A DNA stretch of 64,000 bases from Harriotta raleighana (Eukaryota), in the NCBI GenBank assembly GCA_050575255.1, contig JBNZDD010013726.1:2044481-2108480 (forward strand), given 5' to 3'. Every line of letters begins with the position of its first letter. The stretch's first letter is position 1. The notes under the pieces are model-generated. The model was not told the DNA's origin and made no database searches. It worked only from the letters and a program-made list of their open reading frames with translations. The position numbers and the translations under genes were made by a program. Of this stretch, positions 53,022-64,000 are shown piece after piece.

Positions 53022-53784
53022 TGCATTCATTCTCGCACTGACAAGATTCTGCAAGTTCTTCAACAACAGCGCAAATTTTATGATCAAATGAACAAAGTGT
53101 CCATCACAAAACAAACTACAGGTATAGAACTTTCAAAAATGTTGTGTGTCAAGCCCCCACATTGGAACTTGGAATCAGTCTAAGTTGATACTCCAATGTA
53201 GTGCATTGCTCTGTTTAGGATGAAAATATTAAACTGAGTTCTGCCTGATCAGTAACAACAACAAATTACATTTATAGAGCGCTTTTCACGTTGGTAGGAC
53301 ATCCCAATCAAGTAGAAAGTTAAAGATCCCATGCACGATCTATTCCTGTGTCCCGGCCAACACTCTCAAATAAATAAAANAAAAATTTGGTCACTCGCTC
53401 CATGGCTGTGTGCGCGCAAACTGGCGGTCAATCTACTTGATACAGTACATAATATGAAGTGCTTTGAGACGTCTTGAGGATGTGNTAAAAAATTGGTCAC
53501 TCGCTCCATGGCTGTGTGCGCGCAAACTGGCAGTCAATCCACTTGATACAGTACATAATATGAAGTGCTTTGAGACGTCTTGAGGATGTGATAATTAAGA
53601 AACTGATGAAATGCAAAGATCAGTATTATTATTACAAACTGAGCACTGCCTGGGCTGGGTCAGTCTCACACTGTGTGGAGCCTAGGCTTCTGTAGCCAAT
53701 GGTTTCACCTTCATCGCTCGTTGCTCTCACCCATTGATCCAAGCCAGCCAGGGGGTTGGGGGGAGGGGAGGGGTGTGATGATAA

Positions 53785-54085
53785 CAACAATCCTTGCATT
53801 TGATAATAGCGCTTTAGCACGTCGCTGAGACATTTCAAATCTCTTCACAGGATATAAAGTGAATTCACTGTAAATTTTGTGGATGAAGGAAGGAGTCGTG
53901 GACTGAGCGACAACCTTAAAAAATAATATATATATTTGTTTTGAGGGATGATCATCCCCAGAAAGTAAACGATGCTTGTGGTTGTTGTTGTTGATGCTAA
54001 AGGTGTGAAAGAAGGAAAGCTGTCCTAGCGGGAATCGAACGCAGGGCTCTGGCTTGCGAGGCGGGGGTTCTCTACCCACTCAGTT
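53785..54085 (-). mobile_element. tRNA-derived SINE in the ASCC1 5' region, diverged
   Basis: gttcgattccc B box and tcaaatgcaaggatt tail. Confidence 0.7.
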
Positions 54086-54089
54086 ACCG

Positions 54090-54329
54090 TTACAAACCAC
54101 CGGGAAAACAAACAAAAGGGACTTTGTTTGATAATAAAGGCGGCACGAAGAAAAATCACCTTCAAACGAATGAATCATTTGCGGCGTTTGACACGGCACC
54201 GGCGGGAGCCCAGACTTCCGGTCCGACAGGTAAACCGGGCGTTTCCGGTCCCGGGGACAAACCAGTCCGACCCGACCCGGGGGTCAGGCGGAACCTCCCT
54301 GCTGGTCTTGATTGTCACTGACTGACTGG
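54090..54329. promoter_or_regulatory. CpG-rich bidirectional promoter region of ASCC1/ANAPC16
   Basis: The only CpG-dense island in the window (extends to ~54520), between divergent genes; ETS-type ACTTCCGG at 54214-54221 and TTTCCGG near 54242. Confidence 0.75.
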
Positions 54330-54483
54330 ATGGCCGCCGCCGCCACTGCAGCTTCAGCCTCTCCCTCCTCCTCCTCTCCGGTGACGGGCGGTGGGGGGTT
54401 CGGGGTGTCGGAGCTGCCGCCGTTGCCGCCGACGCGGAGGGCGCTCTTCACTTCCCCCAAAGGAGCCGGCGAGCTGCTGGAGG
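54330..54483 (+). CDS. ANAPC16: ANAPC16 coding exon 1
   Basis: ATGG at 54330; GTAAGC donor at 54484. Confidence 0.92.
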
Positions 54484-56022
54484 GTAAGCGGGGAGTGAAA
54501 GCGGGCGGCAGGCAGACAGGCTAATACTGTGTGGGGTGGGTGAGAGGCCTTGTCAGAAGCCGCCCCCTCACACACACACACTCACCAGTTCTGCTCCTGG
54601 AGAAACTAGTTGAAACTAGTTGAAATATTAGGGTGATTCCCCCCCAAAAAAAGCGGTGATAACTAACCTATTATCTAAAAGCAAAACCAGAAATATCATC
54701 ATTTCTTGCTCAAGACTTATTAGACATTACACAGAAAATACTATACTACAGATGCTGGAAATCTGAAGTCAAAACAGAAGTTGCTAGGAAAACTCAGCAG
54801 GTCAGGCAGCATCCATGGAGAAAGGAAAGTGAGTCAACGTTTCGGGGCCATGACCCGTCGTCATTGTCGTGGCATCGAACATTTTGGGGTCAATCCTGTC
54901 GTGTGTAGCATTTCATGATTTGGTCGCTTCAATCCACGACTGTTTGCGCAATTGGCTGCCGTGTTTCGCCCACAAAATAGACAAGTCAATTCACTTTACT
55001 GTACATTCTGTGAAGCGCTTTCAATAGGTTTCGAGTTTAAAGTTTCATATTTTTCAGATCCTTTCACTTGGAAACGACATCACTTGGAAACCCTTGAACT
55101 GCCTTGGTTTGGAACTTAATTTGTTATAGCGAACCAATTGCAAAAATAACATTTTGATGGATCACAATATCCTAAATGCACACAATAGCTGATGCTTGTT
55201 TACAAAATGTGAACTGATTGATCATTTCAGACTTGTTTGCCTAGCAGTAAGTAGGAACCTGGTTGTTAGACGATTGTCGGATCACTTTTTCCAGGGGTAA
55301 TAATTCCTTTTAAAAAATAATAATAAAATGGGTCACTTCAATTCACAAAAGTTCTGGGACATTACTGTGCGCAATTGGGTCCCTGCGTTTCGCCCACAAA
55401 AAATAAGCAAATTTCCTTTACAGCATATTCTGAGAAGCTCTTTGAAGACATAAGGCGCTGCATCAAATGCTAGGGTGATTATTTATTTCACAGATCTTTT
55501 TATTCCTGATTTTGTGCTGCTACAAGCTTATTTGCAACAGGTTGAACAAAAAGTTGTGATAACTATTCTTAAGAAAAATCATTTAAGACTTGTTGGACAT
55601 TGTATTGGTACCATGCATTTTTGGTCACCCTGTATTATGATTTCTGTTTTCACAGATGCAACAGAACGTTTCTTGTGTGAGGCGGTATTTAGCTATCAGG
55701 TGGCACACACACGGAGACAGGTGAAACGAGGTAAAGCTACAGAAAACAGAAAGATTCTAATAAGTTTAAAATTGCTTCACTGATTAATGGAACTAGCAAT
55801 AGAACTCAAGAACGTGAACTATTCAAATTGGAAACCCGAACAAAATAATCAAGTGATTTCAGATTGTGTTGTGCCATCTTACAATTTTTATTTTTTCCTC
55901 TCTTAGAGCAACAGTGCTCACGGATAGAAAAGTTAGCCAGTTTGGTTGAAGAGCTGGAGGCAGACGAATGGCGCTATAAACCAATTGAACAGTTGCTGGG
56001 GTTTACACCTTCCTCTGGATGA
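54330..56022 (+). CDS. ANAPC16: Anaphase-promoting complex subunit 16, complete, 114 aa: join(54330-54483,55656-55730,55907-56022)
   Basis: [33 protein letters not shown]-...[26 protein letters not shown]; GT-AG introns; head-to-head with ASCC1 as in human. Confidence 0.96.
54743..54863 (-). mobile_element. Penelope-like fragment with truncated hammerhead core
   Basis: Highly similar to 49684-49805; truncated within the CTGA box. Confidence 0.65.
55656..55730 (+). CDS. ANAPC16: ANAPC16 coding exon 2
   Basis: 75 nt; CAG acceptor; GTAAAG donor. Confidence 0.95.
55907..56022 (+). CDS. ANAPC16: ANAPC16 coding exon 3
   Basis: TAG acceptor; TGA stop at 56020-56022. Confidence 0.95.
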
Positions 56023-56163
56023 GTTAAAACAAACTGAATTGGACTTAATTACCATGTTTGACAGCATTGTGCGAAACGCGAAACTTAGTGTCTGTTTTGT
56101 AAAAATGTATGAGGGTCATTCTTTTATCTTTAGTATTTATAGCTATTTGTGAAAATGTAATGC

Positions 56164-56181
56164 ATTAAATCGGTTAATAAA
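56164..56181 (+). terminator. Candidate ANAPC16 polyadenylation signals (ATTAAA and AATAAA)
   Basis: Two hexamers ~150 nt after the stop, followed by T-rich sequence. Confidence 0.55.
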
Positions 56182-56569
56182 TTTTTATATTGATTAAGAC
56201 ATTCATTGGTCTTAAGTTTCAGGTGAAAAACTATTGCATTTAAAACCTTAAGCATTAGGAGACTGCAAATAGCTGGATATTTATGTGGTGCACTTGAAAT
56301 CCAAAGAAATATCTTGATCTTCATTCTTTCCAAAATCAAACTATTATTGGAGATGGGTGTAAAGTGCAATATTTCACACTGCTTTCGATAATCCCTGCTT
56401 GTTTCAGAAATCTTTTATGTTGAACAATTGAGTAACATTGATATCACTGCAATTCTACGATTGATATGGATTGTAATATTGAGTAATATGAGCAACTTTT
56501 ATTTTCAAGCCTCATTCTTTATCTTCATGAATATTGCAATAATCCAATTTCACAGAGAATTAAACTTGG

Positions 56570-56577
56570 ACACACAT

Positions 56578-56616
<39 letters not shown>
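56570..56616. repeat. (CA)n(TA)n microsatellite
   Basis: Directly visible. Confidence 0.9.
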
Positions 56617-56789
56617 CGTAGTACACAAAATACCCGTTGGGACGTTCTCCTGACGTGAAAGGCGCTCTATAAATGTAATTTTGTTGTTGGTTGTTGAATT
56701 TTGTTGTTTCCCTCATAAAACACACCAATACTCTCACACGGAAATAAGCAAAACTAATTTTTTTTTTTGCAGGTCTGTATGTCACTCAA

Positions 56790-57745
56790 TAGACGCTGAA
56801 TTCTATATTGGGCGAGCGTGAGCCAATTAGGAGATCTTCCGTCTTGCTGACATTGAGCTGTAGGAAGTTTGCCCTCATCAAGGACTCGATGTTGGACAGA
56901 CATGTAGTCAGAACGCCAGTAGACCTGGAGTCGAGGGTGAACACGGAGAGGTAGAGTTGGGTGTCATCCACATACATGTGGAAATTTACCCCATGTCTAT
57001 GGATGATGTTGCCCATGGGGAGAGTGTATAGGGTGAAGAGCAGGGGGCCAAGGACAGAGCCCTGTGGAACGCCGCATGTGACTGAGGGGGCTGGAGAAAA
57101 AACCGTTTGAGGAGACGAAGTGAAGGCGGTGGGAGAGGTGCGACCAGAACCAGTTGAGGACAGAGTCTTGGAAGTTGAAGAGGGAGGAAAGGTGGTGAAG
57201 GAGGATTGTGTGGTCCATGGTATTGAAGGTGGCAGATAGAACAAGGAGGCAGAGGGAGCCCTGATCGCAGATGGTCAGGATGTCATTTGTGACCTTGACT
57301 AGGGCAGTTTCTATGCTATGGGAGGCATGGAAACCCGATTGAAGGGGTTCGAGGAGTGAATTTTTTGAGGAAAGAGCGGAGCTGAGAGGCAACCACTCTT
57401 TCGAGGACCTTGGAAAGGTAGGAGTGGTTGAAGATGGGCCGGTAGCTTGATAGCTGCGACGCATCTAGGGAAGGCTTTTTTAGGATGGCAGTTTTAAAGG
57501 GAGTGGAAACAGTGTCGCATGAGAGGGACAGGTTGATGGTGTCAGTGATTAGAGGGGCTAGAAGGTGGAGCTGGGTGGTAAGGAGGGGAGTGGGGATGGG
57601 ATCGAGGAGCAGATGGTGAGCTTCATGATGGAGATGGTCTTAATGAGGGAGGATGGCGAGATAGATTCGAAGGTGTGGAAGGAGGGATAGGTAGGAGACG
57701 GGGTGTAGGGTGGAGGTGGGGAGGGGGTGGAAGTTAGGACAGTAA
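56790..57745 (-). mobile_element. L2-clade LINE ORF2 (reverse transcriptase) fragment, frameshifted
   Basis: [47 protein letters not shown] and [11 protein letters not shown] split across two frames. Confidence 0.93.
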
Positions 57746-59313
57746 CCGCAGAGTCAAGTACATTTTTGTTCTCACATCAAATTTCTCTGGCTGGGAGAAG
57801 CTCTTTGCACTCAATATCTCCTGTCTGTAGATAAGCATTGCCTCAATGGTGCATTGATGTGAGGAATTGCAGCTGCAATGATACTCTGGTACAGCACCAC
57901 TAAACACCTCTTCTGTTCAGGTCACAGTTATTATAAAACTGACCTCAAACTCATAGTTTGGAAATATAGCACTGGGCAAAAAAAACGTATCTTCTCTTAG
58001 TGAGGGGCAATGGTCTGCTACAAAAACTAAACCCAAAAGTTCCGATGATGAAATTCGCTTAAGTTCAATTCTTGCTGGAAAGGATATAGTTTGAATCCCC
58101 TCAAGTGCATTTACAATTTTGGTAAAATACTGTAGTCCAAATCAGTCAGGTTTAGGTTTCTGGAATAGATTCACTAGGGTGTCCTTGTTTTCTAAATCTT
58201 GAATCAGTGAAAATATAATATTTTGGGAACTGAATGGAGATGTAGATATTACTCACGTTACAGATTTATTTCTATAGAAGAGCAAAATAACTTACAACTG
58301 ATTTCAGCCCCTGCATAGTTAAAAGTACAACGTATATACAACTATAAATAATCTTCAGATCATTAATTCAATAGGTTTCTTGATTCTCTTCATTAGAAGT
58401 GACTAGTGCACGTGTACAAACTTGGTTCATGCGTAGTCATGTCTTTCATATTTTCCACTGTCCCAGGTTTCTACAAAATTGAGTATTTGTTGGTCTCTAC
58501 ACCAGTGTGCTGTCTAGGAGACCTTGGGCTGTTTACTCCAGTTCATAAACAAAAGTTCAGTGTGGTGCTCTTACACTGAATCTCAGCACTGCTGCTGGCG
58601 AATTACATCCAGTCAGACTAATTTGAGGGATTGTTAAAATCTTCCAAGTCTTCAATACTCTATGGACAGAACATGAAAATTAGAAAAACAAATTACAAAT
58701 GTATTCAAAGGATCAAGCATGATTTCTCTTAAACAAAAGTTATTTCAATGCAAACGTTTGAAGACAAAATAATTATTTTTCTTAATTTCTCAAATTTGTT
58801 GTTTTCTGAATGAATCCCACTTAATTCGCATTACTCAGAGAAATGGGTGAAGCACACAAGGATTGATAAATAACTGAATGACAAGAAATTAATACAATCA
58901 AGAGATTCATGTCAAAATGCATAAAGGTGAAATTAAACCAAGTCATCTGAATTCATAAGATTGGAGCAGTTGAGCACGTAGTTCACAATCTGTGATTCAC
59001 AAACACAGCAATACTTCCTTCACATCATAACTTTGCCATACAACAACAACATTATATTCATAGAGCGCCTTTCACTTTGGGAGGACGTCCCATAACGCTT
59101 CCCACGTTGAAGAACACAGGACTAAAGATAAATCAATTTACAGCATAGAATTGATTGAAACATTGGATCAGTGACACATTTGCTGCAGTTATCAAGTATA
59201 CTGATTGTAGTAGGGCAATCAGCCCACTGACCCAACAATTATTAAAGTAAATGAGTTGAACAATATGCACAATACCTACTTGGCCTCCAGTTATTGATGA
59301 TGTAGATGTTGTT

Positions 59314-59435
59314 CTAACCGTGCAGGGTAGCCTGAACCTGTGATAGCCTAGTACAGCTTGGTGTGTTCATTTTTTGTGCTTTATGGTATAAATCCATATC
59401 TCCAAAATACCGGGCACGATACAACAACCCCTCTT
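59314..59435 (-). CDS. DNAJB12: DNAJB12 last coding exon
   Basis: CAG acceptor; [12 protein letters not shown]...LHG then TAG. Confidence 0.94.
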
Positions 59436-62400
59436 CTGTGAACATACAAAATGTAACGTTAAATGGTATGGAATTATGTACCTGATGTGCAGTGTAACGT
59501 TACACTAATGACTGCACTTAACACTGTTCATCACCAGCATTTGATTTTCCGTTATTCAACCAGATGTCTTGAAACTTAGCTCCAGGCTTAAAAGTATTTA
59601 AACCAGACTGTTACAAACATGGTTCTACTTATTCATGCCACCTATGAATGTAACTTTCATTTATCTGGAATGGTATCATATGACAAGTTTCGAGCTAGGA
59701 CCACCCTCCATGTAAAGGCAGGTGAACTGTTGCTGATTGGAATTAATCCATGCTCCAGTGACTGGTCTGACCGTACACATCCTGTCAACAAAGCCAGCTC
59801 TTGCACCTTACTTACTCTGTTGCTTTTCCTTCCAGCAGTTGTTCCGCAGGTTAGCAATAAAATCCTCCTCAACATTCCGCTCCACTAATTTCAGATTCTG
59901 TCCAGTATAATCTTCTGCAAAGTTATCTGCCACATAATAGGGCACCTTTAACACCTCTGTTACCCGCCTGTAAATGTGGCCCACTGGCCTGGGGAACAAC
60001 AATTTATTGTTAGAATACTTACAAAAGGGTCAGAGATTCATGCCCTGACAAAGCAACCCTAGGAAACTACCAGTCCTGTTCAGATGCCATCACACCTACT
60101 CACACACTGGGACACTAATAATAGTACAACTTAAAGATCAATACAAAGATGATATATGGGGAATGTTTTGAAAATAGGTTACAGTTTGTAACCAAACTCA
60201 CAAGAAAAGCACAGAAATGGGAATCTAATGGGATCCCCACCTAATGGGAATCTCATTTATAACAAGGAAATTTAAAACTCAGTAAAGGGAATGTGAATCT
60301 TAGATATAATTCCTTTATATTGAGTGGTGAATACACGTATATGGAATGGATATCCATATAGGTGATAAAGGCAGACTGAGCCAGCGAATATAAAATTTCA
60401 TAAAGAAATTAATTGAGGGATATGTAAATGTAAGATTGCACAAATATGTTCTGAGCTAGGGGTGCCTAAGGTATATACTATGGAAGTTATCTTGCACTTT
60501 GTGAACAAATACATCAATAACATTCTAATGGCTGAAGAAATCACTTATATTGGAATTTAAAAATGTTAGTTTCTCTAATGTATTGATGATTTATCGCAAA
60601 CCTGTTTATAAAAAATTGTTCAGTAGAAATGGCTTTGCCAGATTTTTTATTGACTCAATTGGTAAGCTTGGAAATATCCATTGATAAGCAACTGCATGTA
60701 CTTGAGGTTAACTTACGGTTTCGGACTAAGACTGTAGGGAGGATTTGACACCATCATCTGACTGATCACAGAGACGATAATCAGGATCAAGATCGGCATT
60801 AATTGTACAAAGAGCGCTAACCCACCCTGCAACAGAACACAGTCATACAGTACAATCAATACACGCTCAGTAGTGTTGGCTGCACCTGTATCAGACACAC
60901 ATGACTAATACGTAACTAATATAAACATCACATGCAAACATATCTAGCATTTAACCAGAACCTATATCAAACACATAGCTTTAACACATGTGGTAAACTT
61001 GGTGCAAATTACTTCTGAAACAAGGACCTCTGCGTCTTAAAACTTACTGTGATATTACTGTGCTCATGCTTGATTATGGCCTTTGAAATACTCTTGCCTT
61101 AACGTAAAAATTTTACACCAGTTACAATTATTCTTTTTTCCATGTCTTGAAAAGTCTTCCATTAGAGGAAACCATGATAATTTTGGCTATTATTTCCAGA
61201 TGCCATCACACTACCTTGAAAATTTGCAGCATTTTACCATGTTTCATTAAACAACTTGCATTTATACAGTGCTTTTCATATGGGTAATATCTCAGAGTGC
61301 TAAACAGCAGTATGTGTGATGTGCCAAATTGGAAAGAGGGTGGTGACTGAATGCATGCTTGAAAAGTAAGTCTTCAGGTGTGATTTGAAGTCAGGTGTGA
61401 TTTGAAGTCAGACAAAAATGGGGATTTGGAGATGGAGATATTCAGGCAGAGTTCCAGAGATTTGGGTAGTGGCTGAAATCACAGACACCAATGGTGGTTT
61501 GGAGGGGACAAGGGATGTGCAGAAACCCAAAATAGCTGAGCGTACATAGGAGGCAGGCAGTGGCATGGGGTGTGAGCAGATCAAAAAGGTAGGATGGTAC
61601 CCAGGAATAGAGTGATCAGAAAGCAAGAGTGAGGATCTTGAAAATCAATCTATTCTGCTATATGGAGCCAAGGGAGCCTGGCAAGGGCTGGGGTGATGGA
61701 GATTCAGAGCCTGGTACAGGTGAGGACATGGATGCCAGAGTTTTGTATCATTTTGGACCTTGCTTACAGTGGAGCTGAGGAGACCATCGAGGAGATCCTT
61801 GATATCACTTTGATATCACTTTAGTCTCAGGCACTTTCCTATCTCTCCAATCTATTTGCTCACAGCAACATTCCACTAGCAAGTCCTGTCACATATCCTC
61901 TGCATGTCTTATCCAGGATCAAGGGCAGTCACACAAAGGCCTATAGGCGAAACACTCAAAAAAAGTTTGGGCAGGAAAATAAATGGTGATCAGTAATAAT
62001 CAACAGTACTGGTTGCATTTACAAATATGACACGTGGTCTCTCAATAATATTTAGAGATGGAATTCGCCTTCAGTCAAGCAAATATGCTTTAACATTAGC
62101 TTGCCAAGAATGTCAGTCTGACAGGCACCACAATACAAGAGTTAGCCAGTGCCAATTGGTCTCAAGCCTGAAAGCAACGATCTGTTCAATGCTGGAAATT
62201 CCTGGCAGAATTGCTGTGGATGAGGATTCCTCGGAAACAACTCCAATGATATGTTCATCTGTGACAGCATATTCCAGATGGGATTGCACAATGTTGTAAT
62301 GAATGTTTTTCAGTCTCCAAATCACAATTACAATGAAACAGTATGCATAGTTTATCAACAAACAACGTTAGCTACATAGAACGATCCAGGAGTTAAATGC

Positions 62401-63592
62401 TAAGCAGGTATTTGTTTTACACTTACACAGCAAAATATCTGCTTTATCGGGCAAAGCCCAATAATTCTGCAGTCAATCTGCACATCAAGGGAAAGATTCA
62501 ACCCCATCAAAAACATAGAAGAGAATATCGATGGTAAGAGAAATACTCACGTCAGCGCGACGCTCCTGACGCTCAGGTCTCTGGTAAGTATAGCGCATTC
62601 GCCCATTACTATATACATGAACGTTGCCTGCAGACGGTGGAAAAGGATTCATAATACTGGATTTACTGTGAAAATGTCTTAATATAATGAAAGCTTTTAA
62701 TCTCAATAAACACAATGTGATTTAGGAGTGTTTCTTTCAGTTTTCAATCTGATGTCAGTTTAAAACTCAAGCAATAACCTCCTGTTATGCAGGACGTAGA
62801 TGTACCAACACAAGTCCCAGTGTTACAATTCCATTGATTATTCTTATGGCCTCACTGTGAAAACTGCCAATTCAGTGTCAATTAATTCGGCATTATGGTC
62901 AACTCTTCATTTTGGGCTTACATTCATCAGTAATGAGACTGAGATCATCCAAACGACAAAAATGTTTACATTTATATTAAAATGTTACAAACAAAGTCAT
63001 ATATTCAAGTACGTTTTGCTGAGAGATGCACACTGTACACAATTATAATTTATAGCTACAAATCCTATCTTATGTTTCTGCTTTGCTATGAGTCTGTTTA
63101 TTCACACTTCACAATCAAAGTATCACAGTGCTACTTGCTTCAAAATGATTTAAACAAGATGAATTCCTGATAAATCCAATTTCTGAACAATTGATTTGAC
63201 AGAGCGAACTACCTCCAAAATGGGTGAATCTGATGGTTTTACAACCGTGATTTAAAATGGAATTTGTAAAAATGTAATGATATAAAACTGGAACCAACAT
63301 TAGGTTGGAGACACCACTATGCCAATTACATGGTACCCTGTAACCAGTTATAAACTGGAAATGATTACTGCAGTTAGTTCTTTCCTAAAAAAAAATGAAA
63401 ACTTACCAGATGGGAACCCACCTCCAAAGAACATATTGAAAAGGTCCTCAGGAGAGATGTCTGCCTCAAAGCCTCTATGATAGTCAGCAGCACCATGGCT
63501 GTGCCTAGATGATGCTTGTTTCTCATCTCCATATAGGTCATACTGTTTCCGTTTCTCTGGATTGCTGAGTACTGCATACGCATTGCCGATGG
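59314..63592 (-). CDS. DNAJB12: DnaJ homolog subfamily B member 12, 5'-partial: join(63407-63592,62551-62627,60717-60826,59816-59988,59314-59435)
   Basis: End of J domain ([19 protein letters not shown]), G/F region ([20 protein letters not shown]), transmembrane helix ([15 protein letters not shown]), DUF1977 ([24 protein letters not shown]), ends LHG*. Confidence 0.95.
59816..59988 (-). CDS. DNAJB12: DNAJB12 exon (PVGHIYRR...WKEKQQ)
   Basis: 173 nt; CAG acceptor; GTAAGT donor. Confidence 0.95.
60717..60826 (-). CDS. DNAJB12: DNAJB12 exon (transmembrane helix)
   Basis: 110 nt; CAG acceptor; GTAAGT donor. Confidence 0.95.
61250..61800 (-). mobile_element. Old L2-like 3' fragment
   Basis: Tail cttgcatttatacagtgcttttca plus purine-rich body resembling the other L2 copies. 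Confidence 0.5.
62551..62627 (-). CDS. DNAJB12: DNAJB12 exon ([12 protein letters not shown]...)
   Basis: 77 nt; CAG acceptor; GTGAGT donor. Confidence 0.94.
63407..63592 (-). CDS. DNAJB12: DNAJB12 exon (end of J domain, G/F region)
   Basis: 186 nt; CAG acceptor; GTAAGT donor. Confidence 0.95.
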
Positions 63593-64000
63593 CTGAAAGG
63601 AGACATCGAAAGGCAAGATGTTCAAGCCTGTTGTTAACGTTTAGTCAATCCAAACTCAATCCATGATGAATTTCCATCCATGTATTTATTAAGTGTCCGG
63701 TTTAACTATTCAAAAGTGTGTGTCACACTAATTTCATCAATTTGTCTGACTTCGGTTTGAAATTTTAAATAGAGAATTAAATAAGAAAGGAATCCTCCTT
63801 TGACAAATGTATTTTAACTGTGATGATGTTGTAATGTGGCAGTTGAGGTAATACATCAAAGTAAATATTTTGTTATTCATTGGTTCATATCACTGAGCAG
63901 TGATAAAACAGAGAGCTCCCCCTTGCTTGGCTGCTGGAATCTTAGAGCTTCCAGTCAGTCACCCTTCATGTAGCAGAACATCTCACAGCACTTTTCACAA

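Noticed and set aside
53022-53030. Upstream in-frame ATG giving an MNA extension of ASCC1
   Set aside because: A trivial 3-residue extension; the second ATG (GCAATGG) has the better Kozak context and matches orthologs.
55705-55717. ANAPC16 reads HTRR where human has STLK
   Set aside because: A single-base difference (CGG versus CTG) explains Leu to Arg; I cannot separate lineage substitution from sequencing error, and the frame is intact.
61373-61412. Short perfect tandem duplications (17-mer here; others near 29463, 54602, 61797)
   Set aside because: Ordinary slippage duplications in repeats or introns.

Overview
AT-rich vertebrate genomic DNA; the repeat content (tRNA/Deu-like SINEs, L2, CR1, Penelope-like fragments) suggests a cartilaginous fish, which is an inference. 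It carries the gene block SPOCK2(-) / ASCC1(-) / ANAPC16(+) / DNAJB12(-), syntenic with human 10q22. I traced the exons by hand with GT-AG boundaries and consistent phases: SPOCK2 has 8 coding exons here, including a 9-nt EVE microexon (3' end off-window); ASCC1 is complete (9 coding exons, 354 aa); ANAPC16 is complete (3 coding exons, 114 aa); DNAJB12 shows its last 5 coding exons. Most notable observations: a minimal hammerhead-ribozyme core at the apex of a ~67-bp hairpin in an ASCC1 intron; the EVE microexon with SRRM4/RBFOX-type motifs and an adjacent 46-nt-period repeat; no DDIT4 at its expected syntenic position; and a 2.1-kb inverted duplication of the ASCC1 3' end beside a gap, which is probably a repeat-mediated misassembly and less likely an inversion allele. 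I found no convincing wholly new biological system. Nearly all ORF-track entries are spurious. Repeat coordinates are approximate.
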